64,000 nucleotides of DNA, taken from contig NC_086104.1 of assembly GCF_963921235.1 (NCBI RefSeq), positions 140,058,001 to 140,122,000 of the forward strand, in the 5' to 3' direction. This document shows, one piece after another, positions 25,781 to 38,759 of the stretch (positions are counted from its first letter, which is position 1; the number at the start of each line of letters is the position of its first letter). The translations under genes and the position numbers were made by a program. The stretch is from Mobula hypostoma (lineage: Eukaryota). The notes beneath the pieces are model-generated. The model was not told the DNA's origin, searched no databases, and worked only from the letters and a program-made list of their open reading frames with translations.

Positions 25781-26929
25781 CTCAGTAACACCCAGGGCAA
25801 ACAGCCCTCTTAACTGATGCCCAAACTACAACCTTAAACAATCATTCCCCTCCACTGACCTTGCACATAAAGCCCACAGTCTATGTTCAGCATGTTTAGA
25901 GCCTCAATGTACTCACTTGGAAATATACTTATCCTCCCCAATGCGAACAGGATCTTCCATCATGGGTGGTACAGTCATCACAGGCAGGCTCTGAAGAGAA
26001 AGACAGGAAAATATTGGCATTGAGTGAAGGTAGTAACAACAGCGGGCACCATGCTCCTAGTGTCTGCTGACCACTCTTCAATATTTCAACTCTGAATGTG
26101 GCTTCCAGGAATGGACAACGCCATTGAAGATTCCACTTCAGTAAGCATCAACAATCCTCCTTACTTAGGCTGTGTTATACTATACGTCTCTGGTCTGCCT
26201 TGGGCTCCACATTGAGCAGTTCAGTGAGCAATGGCACTCTCAGTAGAGTTTACAGAGCAAGTGCTAAATGAATTCACCACAGCACTCAACATCGCCCGCT
26301 CCTCCAGGACCACTTACTGGTGCTGTGACATGGCACCAAACTTGTGCAAAGAGATGGGAATAAGATGGGATAAGTGAGAGGAGAAGGGGATGAAGTGAGA
26401 GGGGGTGTAACTTGCAAACAGCAAGGAAACATAGAAAGAAAAGGGAGGGGGGTGTGTGAGTAAGGAGGTTGGAGAGTAGAGTAATTGTGTGCAGATTTAT
26501 GAACATGGAACTGAACAGTACTGAAATATGCCTTTTGATTTTGTGTTTTTATTCCGTACTTTTGCTCATTCTTTTCGTTGCCGTTTGCATGATTTTTTCT
26601 TTGCAAGGTGGCAGGAAGGTTTGATGTTTTGCTTTTCTTTGGGCGAGTTGATCCCATGGATCTTGTTTTGCGACTGTCTGCAGGGAAGACAAACTTCAGG
26701 GTTGTATACTGCACACATACTTTGATAATAAAGGTACTTTGAACTTTAAATAAAAGGATAAATATAGCACAAGGGGAATGACATGGCATTGTCTACATCC
26801 AACAGAAGACAGTTATCTGCTGACAGGGTACCCCTGACAGCAGGGTAACCCCCTCATACCGCTGCCCAGTTTTGAGTGCTCACGCGTGTGTTGGGTTGGA
26901 AGCAAGAGACTAACACCGATACTAAGGCT

Positions 26930-27350
26930 AAACAGAATGCTGGAAGGGTTCAGCAGGTCAAGCAGCGCCTGTGAAAAGAGAGACACAGGAAATGCTTCCA
27001 AACAAGTGCCTTCCGGCGGAAATATTAACCCCGCTCCTCTTTCCACAAAAAGGTTGCCGGGTTCACCATTCTTCAGTCACTTGCCTGTCTCCGAACGTCA
27101 CTCCTCCCTCCCCCCTCTGCTATCGGGCTCAACTTGCCCCTCCACAACTCACTAATTACTATTCACTACCCCCCCTCCTCTTCATACTGGCCACCACCCC
27201 TCTCCACACAGTCCTGAAATAACGTTTCGACACAGAACAACCATTCCTGCCACCTCTACAGATGCTGCTTGACCCACTGAGCCATTGCTTGATGCTGCCA
27301 TTGCTAATTTTGGTTTCAGACTTCCAGTATCTGCAGTTTTTGCTTTTTGA
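26930..27350. mobile_element. Older fold-back Penelope terminal-repeat derivative
   Basis: aatgctggaagggttcagcaggtcaagcagc ... gatgctgcttgaccc...ttccagtatctgcag in opposite orientations. Confidence 0.55.
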
Positions 27351-29039
27351 CAACAAGATGAAACCCACATATCTTACAATAATAAAAAAAAATAGATTCC
27401 TGGCCAGTGGTCCCTCTGCAATGGGGTCATGCCTTTGCACGTACCGCTGCCAAGGGATCCTCAACTAAAGAGCGCAGCCAGCATTATGCTGCAAGTCCCT
27501 GTCCCTCGTTAGGTCAAGAGAAGTTCTGTGAGTGTTGCGAAAATGGATGGCTGATCTGACACTGCACATGACAAAGTCACCCTGTGATGCAACAAATCGA
27601 TTCAGGGAAACAGCCCAACCTGTTCACAGTTGTACATGGGCAGAAGTAGACATCACTGGCACACCCAACATTTATTGACATCAAGTACCCTTGAACCAAG
27701 TGGCTTACCAGGGGTAGCTTGGGGTCAGTTCTATTACTGTGGGCCTGGAACCACATGAAAGCAGCAAATTTCCCTTCCCTAAGGACATATGCAAGCCAGA
27801 TGTGTTTTTAAGATGATTTTGTTGTCTCACAGCCACTCTCACTGATACTTAAATTCCAGATTTTTTTTTGCAAAAAATAAAGTTGATTAACCAAATGTTA
27901 GCTTCCCAGCTGTTGTGGGGAGATTTAAACTGTGGATCATTTGTGCGACTGTCTGGCTTTCCAACCCGCTAACAGAGACACTTTGCTTCCATATGCTCTG
28001 GCTGGAAGAGTTATCCAGACCACCAACACCAGGATAAAGGGAACAGAAGTGAGTTCAAAAGAACAAAAGGCAAGGAGCAGAGAGACCCCATCAAACATAA
28101 CGGCAGATGTGCAGCTGCTCTGAGATGGGCAAACACACACAGCTTTCGGATCCTCATTTGCTGAATGTCTTCCCGTATTTTAAGGAAGTGATCAGCTGAC
28201 TCTACAATCGCCCGGCTGCTGCTGTAGTCAGTCGTCCCAGCTGTGTCTGGTACTCAGGCCAAATCACGTCCTCCGCAGACTCAGCAAACGAGCCTATCTC
28301 AGCAGTGCTGGTTCTGAGCACTTTCAGTGGATATCCGCTCAGCTCTTATAACAAAAACCAAAAGAGTAAAAACTCTTGCTCAAATCAGCTCAGTGGAACC
28401 AAATGAATTAACTGAATACTGTTCATCAGGCAACACTGAAATGAGAAGGCAAGGGTCGTGGGGTGGGACCGACTGACAACTGGGACCCTCCAAAGTCATT
28501 TGTCATCTTTTTCCTGACATTGAGTCACATTGAAATCCTGGCACGACTATAAAGCAGCATTATATGTTATAGGCAGCCTGTTATTTCTAGTGTTTGTCCC
28601 TATTGATTAGTGTGAATTTGTATTCAGTCAGTGGGCAGTGTTTTTATTCTTTCAGTGTATGTGATTGCAAGCCACTAACTCTGAACTAACCTTAATAAAC
28701 CACATTAACCTTCACACCTTAAAAAAACGAGCAAGACTAACATTTACCACCTACTCATTAATGCTCTTAAGACAAGACATTGAACTCCTGGCTGGAACTG
28801 AACCTGTGTACTGGTGCTGCAACAGCACTGCGCCACACTTCCTCCAGCATTTTGTGTGTTGCTCTGAATTTCCGGCATGTGCAGAATCTCTTACATTTAT
28901 CATAAAGATAATATTGGTGAGGGATAAATATAGGCAGTGGGGAAGAGTCTCATCCAGAATTTGTATGAATTATCATCTCACTATTGCTGTGCTCAGAGCC
29001 ATTAGTGTTGTACACTTTACAAGAAACAACTTAAAAAAT

Positions 29040-29378
29040 TGATAGCGAAGCGCATTGTGATGTCTTGACAGATTACACCACAGTGCATGTCAGACATAAA
29101 GGCATCCGTTAGTCTTGTGAGACCATGGATCTGCAGGCGCAGGCCTGGGCAAGGTTGTTTGTAAGACCAGCAGTTGCCTATGCTGCAAGTCTCCCCTCTC
29201 CATGACACCGATGTTGTCCAAGGGAAGAGCATTAGGACCCATACAGCTTGGCACCAGTGTCGGCACAGAGCAAGTGCTTTGCTCAAGGACACAACACACG
29301 TGGCCTCAGCTGGGACTCGAACTCACGACCTTTAGGTCGCTAGTCCAATGCCTTAACCACTTGGCCACTTGCCCACAC
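29040..29378 (-). mobile_element. tRNA-headed SINE with RTE-like tail
   Basis: Minus strand begins gtggccaagtggttaaggc...gagttcgagtccc (A and B boxes). Confidence 0.6.
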
Positions 29379-30772
29379 ATGTTAAACATAACCCAATCCA
29401 AGTGTCAATGTATCAACACCCCTTGAGAAACAGAGGTCTGGACGTCAAGATGGCTCTGCAATCAAGACCTAAAGTACATTATAATGTTGTGCTAAGAGTT
29501 GAGAATATGGTGGGTTCAGGAGACAAATGACCACCAGTATCCATGGGCTCAATCAGGACTTTCTCTATGGCTGGAGGGAAGTGTTTAGCATATTTGGAGT
29601 CAGAGGAGATCTGGGTGCAAACAGAAGAAATCAAGGCAAGTTAGCATCTTAGTTGATTGGGTTCCCAATCCAGTATTGTCAGGGGATAATTTGGCTGTCC
29701 CAGGATCCAAGGAAGTTTGCCCCAGGGCAACCAGATCTAGGTTCACTTACACCATCCCAAAATGAATGTGCACCTCTGACTCAGAAAATTAAGCTAGGTA
29801 CTAGGAAAAGCTGTCAAATTTCAGAAGTGACATTATACAACTTGGAAATGTTTGATATAATATTTCCCTTGGGGAAATACATTTTCAAATGTTAAAAATA
29901 GAATGCAATTGAATTATGTGACTCACAGCAGAAAAGAAGGCCATTTAGTCTGCCAAACACATGCCAGAAATGGCTTTGTTAAAATCGGATTGCTACACTT
30001 GAAGTCACTCCCTGGTTGAGGCCCAGAAACTGAATGTGGGACTGGGTGGTGAACTACTCATTGCTTCATACTAAGAACACCCGCTATGTACAAAAATTCC
30101 AACCTTGGCAACTGGCAGCTCCATTCAAACAGTCTTTGTTGGGGTTTACGCTGCTCATGCAATGGTAACAATCTACATTACCCCATCCCCTTCGCGATCA
30201 CTACTTTCCTGAACTGTTATTAAAAGAACCGTTAGGTCTTCATGGCCAATGCTAATCCTGGTTTCCACAGCCTCAGTCCTGGGAGGAAAAGTATTCCCCA
30301 TTCTGTCCTGAATCTCTTCCATTTAGTTATGTACCAATATCCCCAGCTGTCGCTTCATACCACCCCAGATAGATTTGTGCAGAACTGAAACAGGGCCTTC
30401 AGCCAGAAATTGTGTTGATGCTGACCACCTACACAAAACCCACTTACCAGGTTTTGGTCCATACTGCATGGTAGCTTTGTGCTTATCTAGCTAAGTAAAT
30501 GTCAAGAGAGTACCTGCATCCTCCACCCACCTGGGGACCAGTCCATCATTTAAGCATTACCATCTATCAGTTTCCTCTGTCAAATCATCTGATTTCATAA
30601 AACAAATGAATTTCGGAAAATTCAGCCATCTCTGCAGGGTAGATCTGCACTGGACAAACTCCATGGCTCAATGCTGTCTAAAGAGAGATGCATCATTGGC
30701 TTTAAGTAAGCAACGCTAAGTTAGCATCAGTGTACAATATACATCAGCGGTTGACAGACGGACAATCACAAT

Positions 30773-30918
30773 TTCTCTCTCTCTCTCTCTCTCTCTCCCC
30801 CCCCCCTCCCCCAACCGGCCTACAAAGCAAGGCAGCTGTTGCTGTGGATCAGGAACTCAGGAACTGCACTTGTCAGAAAGTGTGTGTGTCTGTCTGTGTG
30901 TGTGTTGGGGGGGGGGGT
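30773..30918. repeat. (CT)n, poly-C, (TG)n and poly-G simple-repeat cluster
   Basis: Seen directly in the sequence. Confidence 0.85.
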
Positions 30919-30999
30919 GGTTCTGGACCCAGTGATACCCAAAAGGGGCCAGAAGGACAGCAGATGATCCGGTGAAGCAAAAGGCAGGTTGGTTGGGTC

Positions 31000-32310
31000 G
31001 AAGAATCAAACAAGTTGTAACGCCGAGTCGAGGCAGAATCCAGATCAAGGGCGACGCCAGCAGTAGAGAAATGGGGACCCGGCGTTACAGAGGTAGTTAG
31101 TTGGGGGAACACAATGGAAAGCGTGGCGTGACGGATGGGTTCTTGCTTTCGTAGTCGAGACCAGAGTACACACGTTGGGCTATCAGCTTAGAAAATCGGG
31201 CTTCCAAACCTCCTGGAAGCCAGCTCAATAAGCTAGTCAGCAGTCCCACCCGCGCCTTGCAAGGGCGCAGTGGAGTAGTCCACTGGATGTCAGAAAAACC
31301 CCCTCCCCACCGTTCCCCATGGAAACAGCAGAGGCCCGTCTCCGTCCGGAGGACCGGTGCTTCATCCCAAGAACTGCTGCTCGGCTGACAGCGGCGTCCG
31401 TGCCCCTTTGCCGCGGATAAACGAAAAGAAACAGCTGCCTTTGAGGAGGTTACATTTCACAGCTTAACCAATGCACGCGGTTAGTTCATTTCTGATTTTA
31501 TATTAAAAGCTGAATTTTAAAAAAAGAACTGGGACGATGCCATCGCATGCAGCACTGGTGCGCTCGGAGAATTTTCCCTTAAACTGTCCACGCTAGCTCC
31601 TGCCTCAAAACATTGCAAGGGGCAGGGTCGCCCTAGAAGCCCGTGATAACCTCCGGGTACGAGATCCCCGAGAAGAGGAGAGACAGACAGCCCAAGAGCT
31701 GTGAGGGCAAAGGTTAACTCTTCTCCCGAAACCAAGACCATCCTTGGTATTTACTGCAGAACGAGTCCTGGCAGAAAGCCACTTGCATTGATTCAAAACA
31801 AAAAGCCGTGTGAATTTAACAGAGCAATCCGTAGATTTGCACTAGGAGCCCGTCCCTTTCTGAAGGAGCTGAGAAGTGCCCGGGCACAGCAATGCTCAGA
31901 AAGACAGCGATGTTAATTTCACAGGGAAACCCTGACCTTACGGCACTCGTTAATTTTCCTAAATGTCGAGACTTTGGTCAAGGAGGAATCCATCTATAAC
32001 TTAATTCTAAACACGAGCAGGGAGATTTCCATTCTTTATTACCTTGTTCGAAGCCTCTTTATTCTAGCGATGTGGTGAGTCAGCAGTTGGACCCCGATTG
32101 ACAAGCTGCTTGAAGAAGTCCAAAGCCATAGCATCGACTCCTTTTAAAGGAACTGCGGGGATGGCCGCGTTTTGGATGACTGATGCGCCAAACGACCAAT
32201 CAGAGCCTGGCGACGTTTGGCAATATTGCCTATAGCGGTGACGACAAAGGACCAATGAACGTGAACTTGTGCGTGTGCAGACAGTGAGCCGATGCGTCGC
32301 TGGTAGTTAA
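31000..32310 (-). promoter_or_regulatory. CpG-rich candidate promoter / non-coding first-exon region of RASSF2
   Basis: Non-repetitive, visibly CpG-rich stretch. CCAAT boxes at 32196 and 32252, TGAGTCA near 32076, and a good minus-strand donor AAG|GTAATA at 32043/32042. Confidence 0.45.
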
Positions 32311-32409
32311 AGACACACTGTGTCTTTAATAATGAATTATTATACACACTTAAATAGAAATGTACAACACGTATATTAATTCATTCATGTATAATATATA
32401 CTTTTATCA

Positions 32410-33490
32410 TAAATGTTGCTGAGGACTGTGGTCACCTCATTGGACAGGACCTGCCTCAGGGAATCCCAGTCGTATATAGAATGAACAACAGGCATTTCAT
32501 CATCAAACGGTTCAAGGCCAAGAACAAGGTCGGTACCACCACTATCATGAAGTTTCAATATCTGGACAACAACGTCAGCGCAGCACTCTTTAGTAAAGCC
32601 CCGGTGCATCTTGAATGTCTTTGCCAACGTATATAGGGTTCTGGGTCTTGATTTAAATTTAAAAAAGAGGTCTTATATCATCCACCGCCCAACCAGCCGT
32701 TCATGCAGCCGACCATAAATGGTGACGACATCGTCCTTGAAAATGCAGACCACATGCCCTACCTGGACAGCATTTTCTCCTCAAAATGAGACATCTACCC
32801 CGAGATCAACCACCGCTCGAGTAGTGCCAGTGGAGCCTATGCAAGATTAAAGGAAGAGTCTTTGAAGACCGCGAGCAAGCAATCCAAACAAACTTTCAGT
32901 CTATAGAGCAGTTGTCCTTCATACATCACAGTATGAAGCTGACTCGTGGACCATCTACAGTAAGCACCTAAAAGCCCTGGAACAATATCACCAAAGAGTC
33001 TTACACAAGATTTTGAGGATCAGCTGGGAGGATAATAGGCCAACAGCATCTCCACAACAATAAAGCAGCAACACTCCGACGGAAAGGTCAAATCATCCGG
33101 ATGCCTAACTCATGCGGATCCTTTACTCCCAGTTGAAAGAAGGCGAGCCGCTGGGAGGTAAAGGCAACGCTTCAAAAATAACATCAAAGTCGGTCTGAAG
33201 AAATTCAATGTTACATCTTAAACCTGGGAAAATATTGCTCTCAACAGGGACATCTGGACGAAATCTGTTCAAGAGGGAGCTGCGCTAGATGAGAGCGATC
33301 TTTGCTGTGCAGCGGAGAACAAACGCGGCAGCTCCGGGAGGAGAGACTGGACAACCAAAAGACCCAACCATTGACCATATCTACCACTTACACTGCACGG
33401 ATCTCAGATCGCCAGTCACCTAAGCACCCACCAATAGACGACCACTTAGGAGAACATCTTACCCGACTCCAGTGATCGCACACTACTGTA
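32410..33490 (+). mobile_element. RTE-clade LINE 3' fragment, decayed
   Basis: DGKLF-like motif, YRAVV, SWT.YSKHLKALEQYHQR.L.KILRISWED, RFKNNIK. Confidence 0.75.
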
Positions 33491-33659
33491 ACACCTGTAC
33501 ATACAGTGTCATAGTGCTACGCAGCAGAGAAACGGGCCGCTCGGCCCATCTGGTCCATTCCGACCAAATTGCTTAACTGAGCTAGCCAACAGCACTCTAA
33601 AAAATCCACATCTATCTACTACCTATACATTTTTCCTACTGAAGTCTAGGTCTGCAGAG

Positions 33660-35450
33660 TCATATCAGGTGACCCTAATCTTTACAAGAAATCGAGATAG
33701 GACATCGTATCAGAGATGCCGAGAAACTACTAAGGCACGGTACCAGTCCAAAATTGAGTCTCAAACCAGCCGTCAATTTTGGCAGGCTAGACCGGGCGTG
33801 CAGTTTCACCAATAGCATCACGTCCCGTTCCGAATGAGTTTAACGCATCCTATGAACATTTTGGACAGCGCGAATGGGTGTGTCACCACCCATCCCGACC
33901 GCCTCCAGTGCACCGTTGCGAACATAAGATCACTCTTCCGGAGCGTGTGCGCACGGAAAGCATCTGGTCTGGATGGTTTACGTGACCGTGTCCTTCGATC
34001 TTGTGCAGATCAGCTGGTGGGAGTATTTGCAGATATTTTTAACCCCTTCCTGCTTCAATCTGTGGTTCCCGCCTGCCTTAAGACTATGATCTCCCGGTAT
34101 TTAAGAAAAATAAGGTAACGTAATGTACGTTAAGGACTGCCACCCGATGGCTTTGACATCCACGTTCATGAAGTGCTTCCAGAGACTGGTGGTGGCACAA
34201 ATCAACTCCAGCCTCCCAGTCAGCCTCGATCCATTGCAATTCGCCTACTGCTGAAACAGGTTGACATCGGACTCCATCTCTCTGACCCTGCACTCGTCTC
34301 TGGTGCATTTGGGCAGTAAAAATACGTACGTCAATCTATTATTGGCCTTAACTCTGCCTTCAATACTATAGTTTCAAGTCAACTCAGTCCCAAACTCCCC
34401 GTCCTAGGAGTTACACCTCCCTCTGCAATTGGATCCTTGACTTCCTCACCAACAGACGCAGTCTGTAAGGGTGGACAACAGAGCCGTCGCCACGAAAATA
34501 TTAAACACTGGCACTTCACGAAAGTGCGTCCTCGTCCCGTACTCCACTCCCTGTTCACTGATGGCTAGATTCAGCTCTTCCTCCATCTGCAAGTTAGCAG
34601 ATGGTTTCCGGAGTGGGGCAAGTAACGATGAGTCGGCGAACAGGACAGCAACGTGACAGAGAGCTTACAGCATGTTGCCACGCCAACAACCTTTCCCTCA
34701 ATGTCAGCAAAACAACAACAAAAAAAAAGGCTAGTCATTGATTTCAGGAAGGGAGTGGTGCAAAGGCTCCTGTCTACCTCACAGTGTTGAGGTTGAGAAG
34801 CTTGATGGCTTCAAGTTCCTAGGAGTGAACATTATCAATAGCATGCCTTTGTCTAACCACGTAGATACCACAGCCAAGAAAGTCCATTAAAGCCCCCACC
34901 TCCCCAGGAGGCTAAAAGAATCTGGCACCTTCCCCCTGGACCCTTACCAATTTTTATCAATCCTCCATGTAAAGCACATAACGGCAAGAAACTGCAGGGA
35001 GATATGGGAGGAGCTCAGTACATCATGGAACTGGCCGCCTCTCCTTGGACTCTGTCCCTACTTTTCACTGCCTCAGTAAAGCAGCCAACATATTCAAAGA
35101 TGCCATCCCACATGAACATTCTCTCTTTTCCTTACTCCCATTGGGCAGAAGATAAAGAAGCTTGGAAGCACATACTACAAGGCTCAAGGACAGTTTGAAC
35201 GCTGCTGTACTAAGACAACTAAGTAGTTTCCAGGTACAATAAATAGGAATCTTGACCTCATGATCTACCTCATTATGAACTTGCCCCTTATTGTTTACCT
35301 GCATTGCACTTTCTCTGTATTTGTTTTGCATAAACATGGCTCCTACATTGTTGTTTTACTTTGTTCTGCCTCAGTGCATTGTTTCATGATGTGATCTGTA
35401 TGAACAGTATGCAAGGCAAGCTTTTCACATGTGATAATAATAATCCAATC
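33660..35450 (+). mobile_element. Rex1/Babar element, decayed
   Basis: RKASGLDG, CADQLVGVFADIFN, DPLQFAY, LNVSKT. Confidence 0.8.
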
Positions 35451-35464
35451 CACATAACTGTCCA

Positions 35465-36202
35465 CTTCACCTGTGAGTCAGCTGGGGTGATATACTGTGT
35501 CTGGTGCTCCCGATGTGGCCTTCTATATATTGGCGAGACCCGACGCAGACTGGGAGATCATTTCACTGAACTCCTATACTCTGTCTGCCAGAGAAAGCAG
35601 GATCTCCCAATGGCCACACATTTTAATTCCATGTCCCATTCCCATTCTGATATGTCTATCCACGGCCTCCTCTACTGTAAAGATGAAGCCACACTCAGGT
35701 TGGAGGAACAACACCTTATATTCCGTCTGGGTAGCCTCCAACCTGATAGCATGAACATTGACTTCTCAGACTTCTGCTAATGCCCCACCTCCCCCTCGTA
35801 CCCCATCAGTTATTCATTTATATACACACATTCTTTTTTTCTCTCTCTCTTTTTTCTCCCTCTGTCCCGCTCACTATACCACTTGCCGATCCTCCCACCC
35901 TCCACCTTTTTGTTCTCCCTAGGCCTGCTGTCCCATGATCCTCTCATATCCCTTTTGCCAATCACCTGTCCAGCTCTTGGCTCCATCCCTCCCCCTCCTG
36001 TTTTCTCCTATCATTCTGGATCTCCCCCTCCCACTCCCACTTTCAAATCTCTTACTAGCTCTTCTTTCAGTTAGTCCTGACGACGGGTCCCGGCCCGAAA
36101 CATCGACTGTACCTCTTCCTAGAGATGCTGCCTGGCCTGCTGCGTTCAGCAGCAACTTTTATGCTTGAAATTCCAGCATCTGCAGATTTCCTCGTGTTTG
36201 CG
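35465..36202 (+). mobile_element. Penelope-like element, 5'-truncated: GIY-YIG endonuclease + terminal repeat
   Basis: HFTCESAGVIYCVWCSRCGLLYIGETRRRL...EQHLIFRLGSLQPDSMN. 14-bp TSD CACATAACTGTCCA at 35451-35464 and 36203-36216. Confidence 0.93.
36073..36108 (+). ncRNA. Minimal hammerhead ribozyme motif in Penelope terminus
   Basis: AGUC-CUGACGA-C-GGGU(CCCG)GCCC-GAAA-CAUC-GACU. Perfect helix I and intact core, but the helix III palindrome is mutated (ACAU). Confidence 0.7.
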
Positions 36203-37891
36203 CACATAACTGTCCAAATCCCTCTTAAATGTCATAATTGATCTTACCTCTACCACTTCTTTTGGCAGCCCATGCTATTTACCTACAACCACCTGAGGGG
36301 GATATTACTCCTTAGGTTTCTTTTATATTTTCCCCTCTCACTTTAAATATATGCTCTCTAGTTTTGGACACCCAATCCAAGGGAAACCGCTTTTGCTATT
36401 TATCTACATCCTTCTGGATTTTATAAACCTCCATTAGGTCACCCTCTCAGTCTTCCATGGTCCAGGGGGGAAAACCCAGCCTATCCTCTCTCTCTTAACA
36501 ATGCAAGCCCATCACTACTAATACTATCCTTGTAAATCCTTGTAAATCATCACTTCAACATAATGGCATCCTTTGTATGGTAGGATGGAACAGGACTGTA
36601 GCATTACTCCATATGTGGCCTTCCCAACATCTTGAACAGCTGTAACATGGCACCCCAACTTCTGACCATTGAAGGCAAGCATGTCAAATACCTTCTTCAC
36701 AACCTGTCTACCCGAATCACCATGTTCAAGGAATTATGAATCCACACCCCTTTAGAAAGAGGAGACATAAGGTCAGAAAACTTCAAAACTTTGTGGGTGG
36801 AGTTAAGAAACTGCAAGGATAAAAACAACATTATGGGTATCATATATAGGCCTCCAAATAGTAGCCAAGATGTGGGGTTGAGATTGCAAAGGGAACTGGA
36901 AAGGGCATGTAGTAAGGGCAATGTCACAATCGTAATGTGAGACTTCAATATGCAAGGGGATTAGGAAAATTAGGTTGGTGTCAGAAAACAAGAGAGGGGA
37001 TTTGTTGAATGCCCATGAAATGGCGTTTTATAGCAGCTTGTGCTTGAGCCTCCTAGTGGAAAAGACTATCTTAGATTGGGTGTTGTGTAATAACACGAAC
37101 TTTATTAGTCAGCTTAAGGTAAAGGAACCCTTAGGAGGCAGTGATCATTATATGATTGAATTTATACTGCAATTTGAGAGGGAGAAGCATAAGTCAGATG
37201 CATCAGTTTTGCAATGGAATAAAGGGAATTACAGTGGCATGAGAGAGGAGCTTGCCCAGGTGGATTGAAGAGGAACACTGGCAGAGATGACAGCAGAACA
37301 GAGGTGGCTGACATTTCTAGGAATAGCTTGCAAGGCGCAGGATAGATAACAACCCACAGAAGTAGTAGTTCTCAACTGGCAGGGGTAGACAACCGTGGCT
37401 GACAAGGGATGTTAAGGACTGCATAAAAGCCAAGGAAATGACAAATAAGGTAGCGAAAGTGAATGGGAAATTGGATGATTGGGAAGCTTTTAAAATCCAA
37501 CAAAAGGCAACTAAGATAGCTATAAGAGGGAAAAGGTGAAATATCAGGGCAAACTAGCCAATAATATAAAGCAGGATACTAAAAGTTTTTTTCAGTTATA
37601 TAAAGTGTAAAAGGGAGGTGAAAGGTGATATTGGACCACTGGAAAATGATTCTGGTGAGGTAGTAATGGAGGCCAAAGAAATGGCAGACTAACTTAATAA
37701 ATACTCTGCTTCAGTCTTTACTGTGGAAAATACCAGCTACATGCCAAAGGCCCATGAGTGTCAGGGTGCAGGAGTAAGTGCCATTTGCCAAAGGAAAAAG
37801 TGCTATGCAAACCCAAAGGTCTTAAGGTGGGTAAGTCACCCGGACCAGATGGCCTACACCCCAGAGTTCTAAAAGAGGTTGTTGAAGAGAT

Positions 37892-38759
37892 TAAAGTTGC
37901 TGGTGAATGCAGCAGGCCAGGCAGCATCTCTAGGAAGAGGTACAGTTGACGTTTCGGGCTGAGACCCTTCATCAGGACTAACTGAAAGAAGAGCTAGTAA
38001 GAGGTTTGAAAGTGGGAGAGGGAGGGGGAGATCCAAAATGATAGGAGAAGACAGGAGGGGGAAGGATGGAGTCAAGAGCTGGACAGGTGATTGGCAAAAA
38101 GGGATATAAGAGGATCATGGGACAGGAGGCCCATGGAAAACCCAGAGGATGGGCAAGGGGTATAGTGAGAGGGATAGAGGGAGAAAAAGAAGAGAGAGAG
38201 AAAGAATGTGTGTATATAAATAAATAACGGATGGTGTACAAGGGGGAGGTGGGGCATTAGCGGAAGTATAAGAAGTCAATGTTCATGCCATTAGGTTGGA
38301 GGCTACCCAGATGGAATATAAGGTATTGTTCCTCCAACCTGAGTGTGGCTTCATCTTTACAGTAGAGGAGGTCATGGATAGACATATCAGAATGGGAATG
38401 GGACGTGGAATTAAAATGTGTGACCACTGGGAGATCCTGCTTTCTCTGGCAGACAGAGCGTAGGTGTTCAGCGAAACAATCTCCATGATCCTCTCATATC
38501 CCTTTTTGCCAATCAACTGTCCAGCTCTTGGCTCCATCCCTCCCCCTCCTATCTTCTCCTATCATTTCAGATCTCCACCTCCCCCTCCCACTTTCAAATC
38601 TCTTACTAGCTCTTCTTTCAGTTAGTCCTGATGGAGGGTCTCGGCCCGAAACATTGACTGTACCTCTTCCTAGAGATGCTACCTGGCCTGCTGCGTTCAC
38701 CAGCAACTTTGATGTGTGTTGCTTGAATTTCCAGCATCTGCAGAATTCCTCATGTTTAC
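37892..38759. mobile_element. Penelope-like insertion with inverted architecture nested in CR1
   Basis: Minus-oriented GIY-YIG fragment + terminus (37892 to ~38480) joined to a plus-oriented terminus. TSD GTTGYTGAAGAGAT at 37878-37891 and 38760-38773 (1 mismatch). Confidence 0.88.
37944..37979 (-). ncRNA. Minimal hammerhead ribozyme motif
   Basis: AGUC-CUGAUGA-A-GGGU(CUCA)GCCC-GAAA-CGUC-AACU. Intact core, ACGU palindrome, GUC cleavage triplet. Confidence 0.7.
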
